Part shown: piece by piece, positions 38,633 through 51,279 of the stretch
How the letters are laid out: every line of letters begins with the position of its first letter
How positions within the stretch are numbered: position 1 is the first letter of the stretch
Assembly (NCBI RefSeq): GCF_964355755.1
Contig: NC_092674.1
Span: 16,616,001 to 16,680,000 of the forward strand
Direction of reading: 5' to 3'
Source of the DNA: Antedon mediterranea
Taxonomy: Eukaryota; Animalia; Echinodermata
DNA: 64,000 nucleotides
Made by a program: the position numbers and the translations under genes
The notes under the pieces: model-generated
Told to the model about the DNA's origin: nothing
Database searches by the model: none
Seen by the model: only the letters and a program-made list of their open reading frames with translations

Positions 38633-39040
38633 CAAAGAACTTATAACACAAGAATCTCCTGTTCTTCAATTTGCATTCAAAACACAGTATCGGAAGTACA
38701 GGGTTAAAAGGTCAAACTGGGCGACGCCATTTCACAACCTGGAGAAGCGCCCCCTCCAAACTAGGAAGTCAATTACTCTACCCCCTATAGTATTAGCAGA
38801 CCCCCTCTATGATTTTGACTTTCTAATTTGATGCGGGCGCCCTACTCCTCAGTCAATTACTCTATCCCCTCTAGAGCATTAGCAGATCCCCTCTATGATT
38901 TTGACTTTCTAATTTGAAGCGGGCGCCCTACTCCATGGCTCACAATGGCGGCACCCATATCTCTATTCTATCCCACAATGCCTTTCGAAATTGTTACGCG
39001 CTTCGGACGAACAGGAGATTCTTGTGTTATAAGTTCTTTG
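38633..39040. mobile_element. MITE with 32-bp TIR and 8-bp TSD (P- or hAT-like)
   Basis: aggtcggg|caaagaacttataacacaagaatctcctgttc ... gaacaggagattcttgtgttataagttctttg|aggtcggg; internal ~84-bp tandem duplication. Confidence 0.9.
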
Positions 39041-39083
39041 AGGTCGGGTCATAAACTCTAGTGTGATGCAGTTTTCCTGCTTA

Positions 39084-39276
39084 AAGGGTCTTTCACACCT
39101 GTTCCAACACGGTTCCGGTCCGGCGCCGGAAAATACAATCGAACGTCAATGTTTCGTTTTCACGCGGCTACGCGCATATCGATTGGCGCATAGCCGCGGT
39201 GAGCGTCGTGAAAACGCAACATTGATGTTCGATTCGCCGGACCGGAACCGTGCCGGAACGGGTGTGAAAGACCCTT
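39084..39276. mobile_element. Fold-back (palindromic) MITE
   Basis: aagggtctttcacacc...ggtgtgaaagaccctt; almost the whole 190 bp is an inverted repeat. Confidence 0.85.
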
Positions 39277-39419
39277 TATTGGAATATAATGATCCAGATC
39301 CAGTCCTTTTCAATATAAGACATTATTCACGCGCGTTCAACATCCGGGTTAGCAACTGACATAGTTACTGGGTAGACGCTCTGATTTGCTATAAATCCTA
39401 CATTCCCCCAGCAATGAGA

Positions 39420-41758
39420 AAATCTCCTTAAAAAATAAATACAAATTTAACTTAAACAATGCAAACTCAAAACATTATCATAAACGTATTATAACTTAAA
39501 CTACATTGATCATACTTATTCCCATTGATCAAACTTTATCAGTTTTACAACAGGACGCTTATGAACCTTCTCGTCTACGTCTACTACTCTCACTCTGTTT
39601 AATCCTGACTCATCCCATTGTGGGTCCAAGCTAACTAGTCGGATACCTTTTTGCACATTTTTCCCACTCTGCAGCAACTGCACTTCTTCTGGGAAACATT
39701 CTCTCGTAAAAGCATCAGTTCCATATCTCCCACTTTCTGCACATCTAATGCTTCGGAATCTACTCGGTATACTGTCTTTCTATATTCTTCTGACATACCT
39801 TCCCATGTTCCAAATTCCGCTACATTTAAATTAATCACCTGAGTTTATAATAGCCCCGCAAAACTTTACTCCTTTTTCTTTCCCTTTGTCTTCCTAAATT
39901 TCAATTCTTTTATGGGGCCATTCCTGCATGGGTAGTTTGAGGAACATCGACCATTTATGTTTTCTACTGGAATTCTTCATCCGCTGAGTTCAAGCTGCCT
40001 GGCACATGTCTCCAACTCTTTATTTCTGTTTTACTTTGAATCTCTGCTACCCTGATGCCTAAAAATGATTCGAAGTGACTAACTGAGCTTCCTGATCCAA
40101 CCGAGAACTACAATGCTGTCTGTCATCATGATAATCTCATTGAACCTCAGCGTCAATTTTTCGGTTACTGCAGCTTTCATTCTAGCTGCTATTACAGCCG
40201 CTTGAAGCTCGAGCCTTGGAACAGTAAGTGTCTTTAACGGTGTTACTCTTGATTTACCTATTATAATCATAATTAGATAGTGTATCATAGGCTCCGTCTT
40301 TCAGTCTCCATCTTATATATGCGCATGCGCCAAACGCCTTCTCAGAAACATCACAGAAAATCACCAATACAAGCTGATCTGAAACATTATGTGGGGTCAA
40401 GCATCGGGAGAATGTTACATCATTAATCCTTTAAATGTTACATCATCAGTCTTTTCCATTAGCTTTCAGTTTGTTCAGTTAACTACTCATCCCAATCAAC
40501 TCCTGTTTCCCACAATTCTTGAATTCGCAATTTTGCCAATAGGGTCAAACAACCTTGCTATGATACTTAGTATCTTCCTAAGTATTTTATATATGTATAC
40601 TTAATATAATTAATCTCCTTTCTAACAGACCCAACATTTTTTTTCCGCTGTTTATTGTCCATCAGGTCAGACGGATCTCTTACCCATGGGTAGGGAACTG
40701 TCTACTACTCCCATTGCTTCAGGTTGACCATAAATCTGCAAGGTCAACAGGTTTACTGATTTTAACATGTATTTTCTTTGGATTCTCACCTACGAGCTGT
40801 ATGTCAAAGATTTTTGTATCATATTTTTCCTCCTTACCTCCCACAGTATCAACGTTGCTGTAACTTTTTTACCATGGATACCCAAACTGTTAACAAAGCC
40901 TTCCCTTATGAAAGTACCTTGGGAGCCGTTGTCTAACATCACATTTGCTTTCCTGCTTGTTTTTCCATTAGGCCTAATTACCTCAACTTCGAGTACCTGC
41001 AGTAATGGTTTATTGCCAATTGCACTTCTGTACAGACCTACCCAACATTTAAATGGTATTCTGTTTGGCAGCAATTTGGTTTACTCTCACCTTGTGCTTT
41101 TCTTGGATTTTTGGAGAAACAAGTTAGGCAAACCGTCAATTATTTGTTTTAAACTAGCTTGATTGTGTTCAATTCATTTAAATAACCGAGTGCACTTAGT
41201 GCCTCATAACAGTTTTCAATTTCATCTGAAAACTCCCTTAAACATTCACCTTTCCTCTAGTCAAAATCTCAGTTTGGACCCATGCCTGGACAATGATTGC
41301 TGTATTACCAACTCTTTCCCTTAAGGTGTCCCAAGCTTTAAATCCTTCAGTGGGTGGTTTCATGACACAGAATTGCATCCGGAGCTTTACCTTTACAAAA
41401 TAATATTAAGGTGTTCAACTTAACACTATCATCATCAACTCCTGACATGCTCTGGTAAGAAGTTATAAAGGAATGATAATATACAAGGTCCCCGTCATAA
41501 TGTTTCAGGGTGTACGAAGCGTACACATTATTGCTTCAACAACATTAGCTTGATCTACAACATTATGATTTTCACTATTGTTTACCTTATCATTAACTAT
41601 AGTATCAGGTTGAGTCTTTTATAATGTTTTTGTTTCAACATCTTGAATTGCTTTTGCTGCTAGGTTGTTAGATACTGTTTTGGTCTTATATTCAGTCTTG
41701 ATAGTATGGACTTCTGTCATATATTCCTTTTTGCATCACTTTCTTCTTCCTTTTGAAA

Positions 41759-41814
<56 letters not shown>

Positions 41815-41915
41815 CTCGACTAACTCCGCATGAGATTGCTCAATGGCATCAAACGTTCTTTTAACTCGTAATAGTCCTTCTTGCAGTTCTTGCTCCAATA
41901 TGGTGATGAGTTTTC
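39420..41915 (-). pseudogene. Decayed BEL/Pao LTR retrotransposon (gag, protease, RNase H and integrase remnants)
   Basis: VMLDNGSQGTFI (aspartic protease), KSRVTPLKTLTVPRLELQAAVI...TDSIVVLGWI (Pao RNase H), WRHVPGSLNSAD and KRPVVKL. Confidence 0.85.
41761..41811. repeat. (CAT)n microsatellite
   Basis: About 17 perfect units. Confidence 0.95.
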
Positions 41916-42383
41916 TAAATCCACTATTCGGCCCACTTTTGGTGGGACGATTCGGCCCACTTTTGGGCCGAAACATCCCACTTTGTGGGCCGAAACGTCT
42001 CACTTTAGACCAATTCATATTCATTTTTTTTGGTATTTATCAAGATTTTAAAGGTGTTTAACAATCCGTATTTTATTGATATTGACAAAGTTGATATAAT
42101 ATATATAATAAATTACTAAAAAAAACGTAATTTTATATTCAATTTATTACTGCGAAAACCTTGTTTATTTCGTGCATTCGCCAAGTGGTCAACAGAGGGC
42201 GTAACTTGTTTACATCGTTCGCGTGACTAAAAAATGATCATTTTCGACAATGTTTTCAAAATGTTTGCTTTATTGCATCTTTATCCCTAGTAGTGCTACT
42301 CCCTAGTCTCTCTGAAAATAAAGTTTGGGGAAAAAAGCTTATTTTATGCTTATAAATGCATATCAAAGCCGATAAATGTAAGT

Positions 42384-42498
42384 GTGCCGAATCGTCTCAG
42401 GGCCGAATCGTCCCGGGCCGAATAGTCCCGGGCCGAATCGTCCCAGGGCCGAATCGTCCCGGGCCGAATCGTCTCAGGGCCGAATCGTCCCGCTACCC
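42384..42498. repeat. 15-bp tandem repeat (gggccgaatcgtccc), likely a TIR-element end
   Basis: About 7 units. Related motifs occur near 41945 and 56975. Confidence 0.8.
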
Positions 42499-43034
42499 TG
42501 AGATTCGCCTGTGTTTGAGACGATTTATTCAGAAAAAAAAATCTGAAAGCAAATACAAGTCATAACTTACATGTTAGAAACAAGAACTGACGTATGATTG
42601 AATAGCTATTATAACTTTATTTTAACATTTGTTCAATAACTCACTGTTTGTCAGGCAAATTCCTAGCACAAGCCTAGCACAAGTCATACTTTCGACCCGT
42701 CAAAATACACTCATTAGTAACTGAAACAAAATTATATTAATCCATGATAATTATAACCTTCTGATCCCAAATTCTATAAACCTTTACAAACAACTTAATC
42801 CGCTACAATCAGTAGTAAACAAGTTCAATGTATTGTAACGAAAATCCATTCTCGGGTTCGTTCCCTTTTGGGGGGAGGGGTCTGCGGTACTGCGACACAC
42901 TCGAATGAAACAAACAAATCAATTACAATTACTGGAGTGACCTCCTCCTTTATTCTTCTTTGATTCCAAATTATTGGTAACCACCGATTATAATAATTAA
43001 TTAGATTAGTTCTGCTATTACGCCGGACTTGAAA

Positions 43035-43925
43035 CAACAGCGTAACCACCAGTAATGACGTAACCTCCAATAGTAGCGTAACCACCAACAACGGCGTAAC
43101 CTCTTACGGCAACGTAACCACCAACAATGGTGTAACCTCCAACAGCACGTAACCACCAACAATGGTGTAACCTCCACAGCAACGTAACCACCAACAATTT
43201 GGTGTAACCTCCACAGCAACGTAACCACCAACAATGGTGTAACCTCCACAGCAACGTAACCACCAGCAATGGCGTAACCGCCAACCAGCAACGTAACCAC
43301 CAACAATGTGTAACCTCTAACAGCTACGTAACCACCAACAATGGTGTAACCTCCAACAGCACGTAACCACCAACAATGGTGTAACCTCCACAGCAACGTA
43401 ACCACCAACGATGGTGTAACCTCCACAGTAACGTAACCACCAACAATGGTGTAACCTCCACAGCAACGTAACCACCAACAATGTGTAACCTCTAACAGCA
43501 ACGTAACCACCAACAATGGTGTAACCTCCAACAGCAACGTAACCTCCAACAATGGTGTAACCTCCACATAAACGTAACCACCAACAATGGTGTAACCTCC
43601 ACAGCACGTAACCATGACCAACAATGGCGTAACCACGTACCGGCTAACAGGGTAACCACCAGTAGTCTTAACCACTGGCTAATAGGTGTACCCACCAGCA
43701 AAGCAGTATCACAACCACAGGGTGTACCACGGGCTAACTGTATTTCAAGCAGTAACACAACCAGTAGGTGCAACCTCCGGCTCAGCTATGTCTCAAATAG
43801 TGATACAACCAGTACAGTAGGTGCAACCTCCGGCTCACTATGTCTCAAATAGTGATACAACCAGTAGTTGCAACCTCCGGCTCACTATGTCTCCAACAGT
43901 AGCACAAGTGGTAGGCTGTACCTTC
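43035..43925. repeat. Minisatellite (18/35-36-bp units) plus 3 x ~50-bp repeat
   Basis: cgtaaccaccaacaatggtgtaacctcc(a)acagcaa units; caacctccggctcactatgtctc occurs three times at 43770-43895. Confidence 0.9.
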
Positions 43926-44250
43926 CGGCTAACTTTACTTGCTGTGTCTTAACTCTCCTTTTATTATTCAGCTCTAATTTTCTCCTTCTCCTTTCTCTAA
44001 TCTTCTGTACACTTTGTTTTCCAATTTCTCTACTTATTTAACACGTCTTTTCCCTGCTTCTCCGCTTTTCCAGCTCCAATCTCTCCCTCTTTTTTAACGC
44101 AGCTCGAGGTAACCCTCCATTGCCTTCCTTCTCCAATCCCTCTCTGCCCTTTTTCTCACGTCCGTTCTCTCTGCTACTCTTCCTGCCTAACTCTGCCTCC
44201 ATCTGCCGCCCTCTATCTGTTCCTTCTACCCCAAAATCATTACAGTATTA

Positions 44251-44520
44251 TTACCTCCGCCAAAGAGGTTATATTTTCACCCCTGTATGTTTGTGTGTGT
44301 GTCTGTGAACAGTTTTCATCCGATTCTCACCAAATTTGGACACAATGATGCCCCAAAAGCTTGGAAGAGTTCGATTGTGAGGGGAAAAGGTCATAGGTCA
44401 AGGTCACAACTAACAAAAAACTATTTTACTGCCTAGAGACCACAGTTTTTATCCGATTCTCACCAAACTTAGCCACAATTATCAATGACATAACAGCTTC
44501 AAGGGGATTGGATTCGATTG
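44251..44520 (+). mobile_element. HINE family 3 5' fragment
   Basis: ttacctccgccaaagaggttatatttt followed by a (GT)n/GTCT microsatellite and an internal repeat ccgattctcaccaaa; DINE-1-like layout. Confidence 0.65.
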
Positions 44521-44579
44521 TATAAATAAAATGAGGGCTATAATTACGTTTCCTAGTTATGTGCATGACTTTACACTTC

Positions 44580-45540
44580 TTTGCATTTAATTTCATTTTA
44601 TTATCCTCACACCATTTGGAAATTTTACAAAGATCCTGTTGTAAGGTAAGTGCATCATGACGACTGAATACAGGTTTATAAATTACTGTATCATCTGCCT
44701 ACTGCTTCATAACAGAAGAGGTATTTAGAGGTAGGTCATAAACAAAGAGATTAAATAGAAGCGGGCCTAACAATGATCCCCGAGGAACACCCGAGCCCAC
44801 TCTATCCCAATCAGAATGCTCCTTATTAAGAACAACACGTTGGAATCTGTCACTGAGAAAGGAGTGAAGACACTTTAGGAGAGATCCACATACTCCCATG
44901 TTGTGCAGTTTCTTGATTACTAAATCATGGGGAACACGGTCAAAGGCCTTCTCCCAATCAAGGAATATTGCATCAATTACAGGAGGTTGTCTAACATCCA
45001 ATGTTTGTGACCAATCATGATATAACGCTGAGGCCTGTGTAATACATGATCTACCTGGATAAAACCCGTGTTGCGTGGGACTTATAAATCCAAAAAATTG
45101 AAGATGAAAAAGAATGTTATCTGCTATAATACGTTCAAAAACCTTACCTATAATAGAACATAGCGATATGGGTCGATAATTATTAACATCGTTACGATTA
45201 CCTGACTAAAAATAGGAGTGACATTCGCGAGTTTCCAATCTTTTGGTACAAAGCCATCCGTTAAGAACTTGTTAAACATTTTGCACAACACTGGGGCAAT
45301 AATTGGAGCTGACATGGATAACATTTTAGGTGTAATCCCGTCTGGTCCAGGGGATTTGTTGGGTTTCAATGACAATAGAGCCTCGAAAATAGTTTTTTCA
45401 GTAATATTAATGTTATTAAGGGGAACAATATCTGGGTGAACACAATTACAGATCTCATGGTTAACATTGAAATTACGATTAGGTTAGTTAAAGTTTGACG
45501 CAAAGAATGTGGAAAATGCATTAATACCTATTATAACCAT
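44580..45540 (-). pseudogene. Decayed LINE reverse transcriptase
   Basis: KSPGPDGI, WKLANVTPIF, FLDWEKAFDRVPH, SGVPRGSLLGPLLF and *ADDT (YADD mutated to a stop). Confidence 0.88.
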
Positions 45541-45703
45541 CAATACAAGTCCGCCTCAGTAAAGGACCGAATGGTAAAAGAGCCGAAGAAGGCAGTAACG
45601 GCGTTCCATACTATTACTAGTCTCCTAAAAAGTACTACTGTATTAGCCTAGTACTAGGCTAGTAGTAGGAGGCCGCCTATATTATGCTTACCAAATTACG
45701 ATA

Positions 45704-45759
45704 ATGTCTAGGCCTACCTCCTCCTCCTCCTCCTCCGAATGTAATCCAGATAATTCAAG
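45704..45759 (+). CDS. RUBCN: Candidate first coding exon of the Rubicon-like gene
   Basis: ATG...MSRPTSSSSSSECNPDNS + AG|gtagga. The phase-2 end fits the next exon (AG+A = Arg), and it lies in a GC/CpG-richer region. No sequence homology supports this exon. Confidence 0.5.
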
Positions 45760-46179
45760 GTAGGATAAAAGTTCGCCATAAGTTTATAGGTGACGGTGCA
45801 GTTTAGTACCGTACCACCCGGACTCTAACTTAAAATTACTAAAAAAGGTCAGGGTAGGGAGGGGATTCCGGGCGGGTCGGCGATTGATTCGTCCCATTTT
45901 TTAGATCAAACTAGGCCTATCCTAGGCCTAGGCCTAGTAATGTTAATATAGGCCTAGGCCTAGGTCTACCTAGGCTAGGCCTACGTTTTTGCGGTATTTA
46001 TCAAGTTTCTAAATGTGATTGAACTACCATTGCTAATCATGCCATTTAAGAAATGTTGTATTTCCAACAATATGTTGATGACCTCCTCTAACTAGCCTAG
46101 CTAGAGTAGGCCTAGAGGCCCTAGATAGTAGTTAGGCCTAGAGGCCTAGGCCTAGCTAGGAGGAGGGTTAGTAGTAGGG

Positions 46180-47005
46180 GGTGCTGGTCAACGCGTACCC
46201 AAACCAACCCGTACCCATGCCAACTCGTACGCAACTTGGCTAACCCGTACCCAAATAATTGGTCAACTAACTCGTACCCACTTTGGCTAACCCGTACCCA
46301 AACCAACCCGTACCCATGCCAACTCGTACCTAAATATTTGGCTTACTCGTACCCAAGTATTTGGCTTACTCGTACCGATTATTTGGTCACAGTGCATTTC
46401 GGCCGCCAATCATTTCGGCCGCCGGTTATGGAACGACCAAATTCATGAAACTCCAAAAAGGACAAAATATGGCATGATCATTTCGGCTGCCAGGTATGGC
46501 TCGCCAAATTGAAATAGCCAGAAATAACTGTACAGAATTACAGTGAAAAAAAATAACTTTATCAAGTCTATGGAACGCCACAGAGAATTATGGTCATTTA
46601 AACTAGAGATCAGTTGTGCAATGGGCTAAAAACTTCAGCATCAACTCCTTCTTATTAAAAAAATATTAATATTCACTGTAGTGATGGCAATGTGCACGCT
46701 ATAAATATCGCTTGCTGTTTCTGGAATTGAAGACCGCCGATTCGGCTTAATAATACACTATTTAGTAAAATATTAACATTTTAACACACATGGCGTGTCA
46801 TACATATTCAAGAATAATTACAATTCTGGCGGCCGAAATTAACAATACATATTTTGTCCTTTTTGGCGTTTCATGAATTTGGCAATTCCATAACCGGCGG
46901 CCGAAATGACTGGCGGCCGAAATGATCAGACACCGATTATTTGGCTTACCCGTACCCATTTTTGGCTTACTCGTACCCATTATTTGGCCTACTCGTACCC
47001 AATTT
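46180..47005. mobile_element. TIR-element end with tandem aa(c/t)tcgtaccca repeats
   Basis: Array at 46190-46376 resumes at 46935-47002 after a nested MITE. Confidence 0.65.
46385..46934. mobile_element. MITE with ~90-bp TIRs and 8-bp TSD
   Basis: gattattt|ggt...catttcggccgcc ... ggcggccgaaatg...acc|gattattt. Confidence 0.8.
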
Positions 47006-47914
47006 GAATAATTACTTGTTTTGGTAATGATTTGATTGGCGCAAAACTAGTGGTATGCTTTTGCCGTATGAATATTTTTATATTTAAATTGTTTTTTTAT
47101 TTTACAGGTCTCGGTGAAATGTGTGCCAATAAAAATGACCATTAATTGTAAACTTCGTTTAATTAGGGCAAGGCATTATATTTGTTAACATTTATTTCAA
47201 TGTAGTATTATATTTTTATAAACGTATGTTTGTGTCTTTTTTATTTACGTAAGACAACATTAATTAATAAAAAATTAACTGTTGTATAGTATATTACAAT
47301 TCAATTAAGCCCAGAGGTAAAGCACCAACAACGTATAATTTTTATACTTATCAATTTTTATTCTTATCACCTAATTATCTTCCCTGATTAGGCCTACATT
47401 TGATCAAGTAATTTTTATTTCTATTGTGTTGGTATATTTAAAATGATTTGAATTAACAACGCTCTGTTTAAAGTGGGGTTCCGGGTTTAAAATGAATAAT
47501 AAAAAATATATTTGTTTGTCTCTTGAATGGTGAAAGTTTCATTTATATAAGCGCCCAGTGAAGCAGAGCGAAGGCTGTGAAATGAGGCCAGATTACAAGT
47601 GCAGCTACGGCAAAATCAATGAAGTGTAACGTATACTGTACATTCCTGCTGAGGAGCAAGACGACGATACACGTGCTCTCTGCCCATGTCATGTATTCTA
47701 AAACTTATGCTCACTTAGCAGCAAAAATGAGGCTGGTATCCACTTAAATAGTTTCGTGATTTTAAAAATTAGTGACTACTTAAAAATGTATCAAATATTT
47801 TCGAAATGTTAAAACAGTTTAAGAGCCATTGTCTGTAAGAATCAAAGAAATATAAAAAATAGTAGTGGCAGACTAAAAAAAATGGATTTCTTTCAAATTT
47901 TGCACATGGTTTAA

Positions 47915-49257
47915 TACTCTAGTAACTTTCGTATGCACTTTGAGGTCCAGAGACTTGACTTCACAAATTTGTTTAGGATGGTTAAACAATCATTTTTGGC
48001 TTGGTTACACAATTTGAAAATGTGGCGAAAGGTCAAAAGGTCAGGTGAAAGGTTATACCAAACACCAATAGGTAGTTAAATCTCGACAACCACTGGTCAC
48101 AGCAAGGTAATTTTGGTCTCAAATTGATCAGAAGGTATACATTTATATTCAGTCTAATGGGACATTTTAGTAAAAAATGACCGGAAATGCCATTTCTGAC
48201 CTTTGACCCACTACCCAGGGCATGTATGTATAGATCTCCGTAACTACTGGTCATAGACACTTAAAAAATTAGGTCTTAAATTGTTTGCAATATACATTTT
48301 ATTATTTGTTGCACATTTTGAAAAATGTTAAAAAAGGTCAAAGGGTCAGGGTCAAGGGTTATATGAACAAACACAAATAAGTACTTGTATCTCGATTTTA
48401 ATTTTTTTAGTCTCAAAATGTTGAGAAGGCATGCATTCATATTCAGTCTAATGGGACATGTTAGTGAAAAATGATCAGAAATGCCATTTCTGACCTTTGA
48501 CCCACATACTAGGGCATCTTTATATCTATGTATTGTAAGTACATGTACTGGTCGTAGAAACTTCAATTTAGTATCAAATTGTTGGAAATATACATATTTA
48601 CATTCATTCTAACAGAAAAATTTGATGAAAAGAGTCCAAGAGCATTAGGGTTTGACCCGAAAATTTCTGGTAACAAGCTAATTTTTTCAGGAAAGGTCAA
48701 GAACTATGATTGGAACATCATACTAAAAGTCCCGAAAAATCCTCCTTGTGCTCTCTGAGAAATCCAAGATGGCGTCCAAAATGGCTGCCATTTTAAATTG
48801 GTCTATAACTTTGTAACCGCTTGTCGTAGAGTATCGATTTTGGTGTCAAATAGTTCACAATATATACATTCCTATTTGCTCTAACAGAAAATTTTGTCAA
48901 AAAATGGCCGCTACTACAGTTTCTGGCAGTTTGACCTTTGACCTGGTCTTATCATATCTCGGTAATGGCTTGTCATAGAGAATTAAGATTAGGCCCAAAT
49001 TGTTCAGACCATGCATATTTTTATTTGCTGTAATGAAATATTTTATCCCAAAATGACCGGAAGTGAGGTTATTGACCTCTTATTGACCTATTCATATCTC
49101 TTTACCGTATCTCAAGAAATATTTGTCGTAGGTAAAATAAAACATTCAAGAGTGTATTCTCTTTTAAAACAAGGAATGACCTGGTTTCATGTTTCAAAAT
49201 GCATTATTTTTACAAATAAAATGGTCCTTAACATTAGGTTTTTGACAATCCTGAGTA
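47915..49257. mobile_element. Academ-like non-autonomous element
   Basis: taa|tactc ... gagta|taa (3-bp TSD). Its tgacctttgacc subrepeats resemble those in the Academ TIRs at 51280 and 54519. Confidence 0.6.
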
Positions 49258-51279
49258 TAATATGTGCCATGTAGTACATAGTGTTTCCTGCCAATTGAGC
49301 ATTTCCATGCGAAATGTATATAACCTGAACATTTCATTCTCACAATCACAGTATCATAAAGTCTATACATTTCCTAAATTATATAAAATTTCTACTTCTC
49401 TGAACAAAAATAATTATCATAATTTCTAGTTATTGTCAATAGTTTTATTTATACATTTTATATATCCAATCGGCTCTTAATTATTTATTCATTTAATTTA
49501 TTGTCCATTCCTTTCCGATATTAAATGTTTTTTTAAATCATTGGATTCAAGCCCAAACATCACAGCGAATCTTCCACGTTATAAAAAAAAAACAAATGTA
49601 ATCGTCAATACAATGTAATGTTAGCTTGCAGTTAGCTGTGACTCTGCAAGGCGCCTAACTTGTCTAGGCTAACGCTAGCCCCCGTGTCGATGCACCGCTG
49701 CCATACACGGCCTGATGAACACCCATCATCAGCAGTAGGTCTTACAGGCGATGACGGCGAAAATCTGAATAGGCGCGCCTAGGCCAAGCTAGGCCTGCTT
49801 GGTTTTTTGCTGTTGATATCGTAAACACTTTCGAAACCAGTTAACATTAGCTTGGTAGTTATAATGCTGCTTTTCAATAGTGAAAAATAGTTAATTTGAG
49901 TGACTAAATAGGTTAAAACGGCGTCTGAAATCAGTCAAATTGACAATAGTGTCCATGCTGCTGCTATATCGCACACACTTCCTGGTATGACGTCATTGTG
50001 CCTTAGACCAAAATACCGCGTTGCTACGGAGTGAGTTTTCTGCGCGTATCAAAAAGAATTTCATTGCAAACTTTTCTTGTAAACTAATTGAATGATTTAT
50101 AAGTTTTTAAAATATAATAACTTTATAAATATTTACTCAATATTTATGAAATAAACACCATTGCAAAGCTTATGATTCAAATAATCCAAATATATGAAAA
50201 AATTCAAAATGAATATTTCCGACAAAAGTAGGGTTTTGCCAGATCGGGTCACATATACAGACATGCTGAATATTGCGGATTTCATATACTGTAATATTAA
50301 AATTGTCTAAAAACATAATCAAGGGTTACATTTAAAATCACTTGAAATAAAAAAGGGCTACACATTTATATTAAAACTTCTTATGCAGCATATGTCACAC
50401 TAATATAAAATACCATTTTAAAGCGTAGGGAGAGAGATCTCCAGAACATATATATTTTAATTATTCAATAGGTCAAATATCTTGTCTTTACTATTTTTCA
50501 ATTTCTGTTCAGCAGTATAAAAGTTATACAAATATTTGCAGATTCTTTTTTTTTCTGTCGTTTCTAGTTCTTTATATATTATGGAGGATTTATATATACA
50601 AAAAGTAAAAACTGAAATTAATTCGTTTACAAGTTTGTTTGTTGTTCCCAAAATTACATTAACCCACTTTGGGAAGTCTTGCTGTACTGTAACCTCATTT
50701 GGAAGACACTGAACCAGCATATCTTTAAACTTTCTCCAGACCGGTTGAATAGTTTTACATGCAATTATTGCATGGACCTATAAATCAGAGGTCCATGTTT
50801 ATTGTATTTCTTTATATATTAGCTTTATTTCGAAGCGGTTTTAAAAACATTTCTGTGAAGAGATGAGAAAACTACACAGATTTTGACCAACCATTTTTCA
50901 TATGATAAACGCTTTTAAAATTTGTCTAAAAATGATAAATAATACTAAACCACCTGATTATAAACAATAATACAATTAGCTGGAAAATTAAGAGGCTCGT
51001 TGCGTTTAGGAACACTTAAAAATATCGTGCATAGCCATAATACGTGATTTTGGCCCTTTATCGGCAGAACCTCCTGTAAGCGGCCACTTTTCCAGGTCCC
51101 GAGGGTGGCCGCTTACGAGAGGTTCAACTGTATTTTAAAAATCAATTATCCTTAGTTACGCATAGAAACAGGTTCTAAGATAACATAAATAATACATTTT
51201 GACATAAATTGACCCACAAATGACCCTTTCACAAGATCAGACTTTTTTATTCAGTGATTTTTGGGATTCAGTAGATATA

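Noticed and set aside
41692-42024. ORF with a long poly-Met run
   Set aside because: It is the translation of a (CAT)n microsatellite inside decayed BEL/Pao sequence.
42384-43670. CRISPR-like arrays of short repeats
   Set aside because: The repeats are contiguous with no unique spacers, there are no cas genes, and the context is eukaryotic.
43001-43773. Four overlapping ORFs (up to 224 aa) as a real gene
   Set aside because: They are stop-poor frames of a minisatellite with frame-shifting units; reported only as a possible decayed coding repeat.
49600-50255. Alternative Rubicon promoter (ACTTCCTGG and TGACGTCA near 49980)
   Set aside because: I found no phase-compatible coding exon, and the segment ends in a TIR-like tcgggtcacata, so it is more likely TE-internal. 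Not fully excluded.
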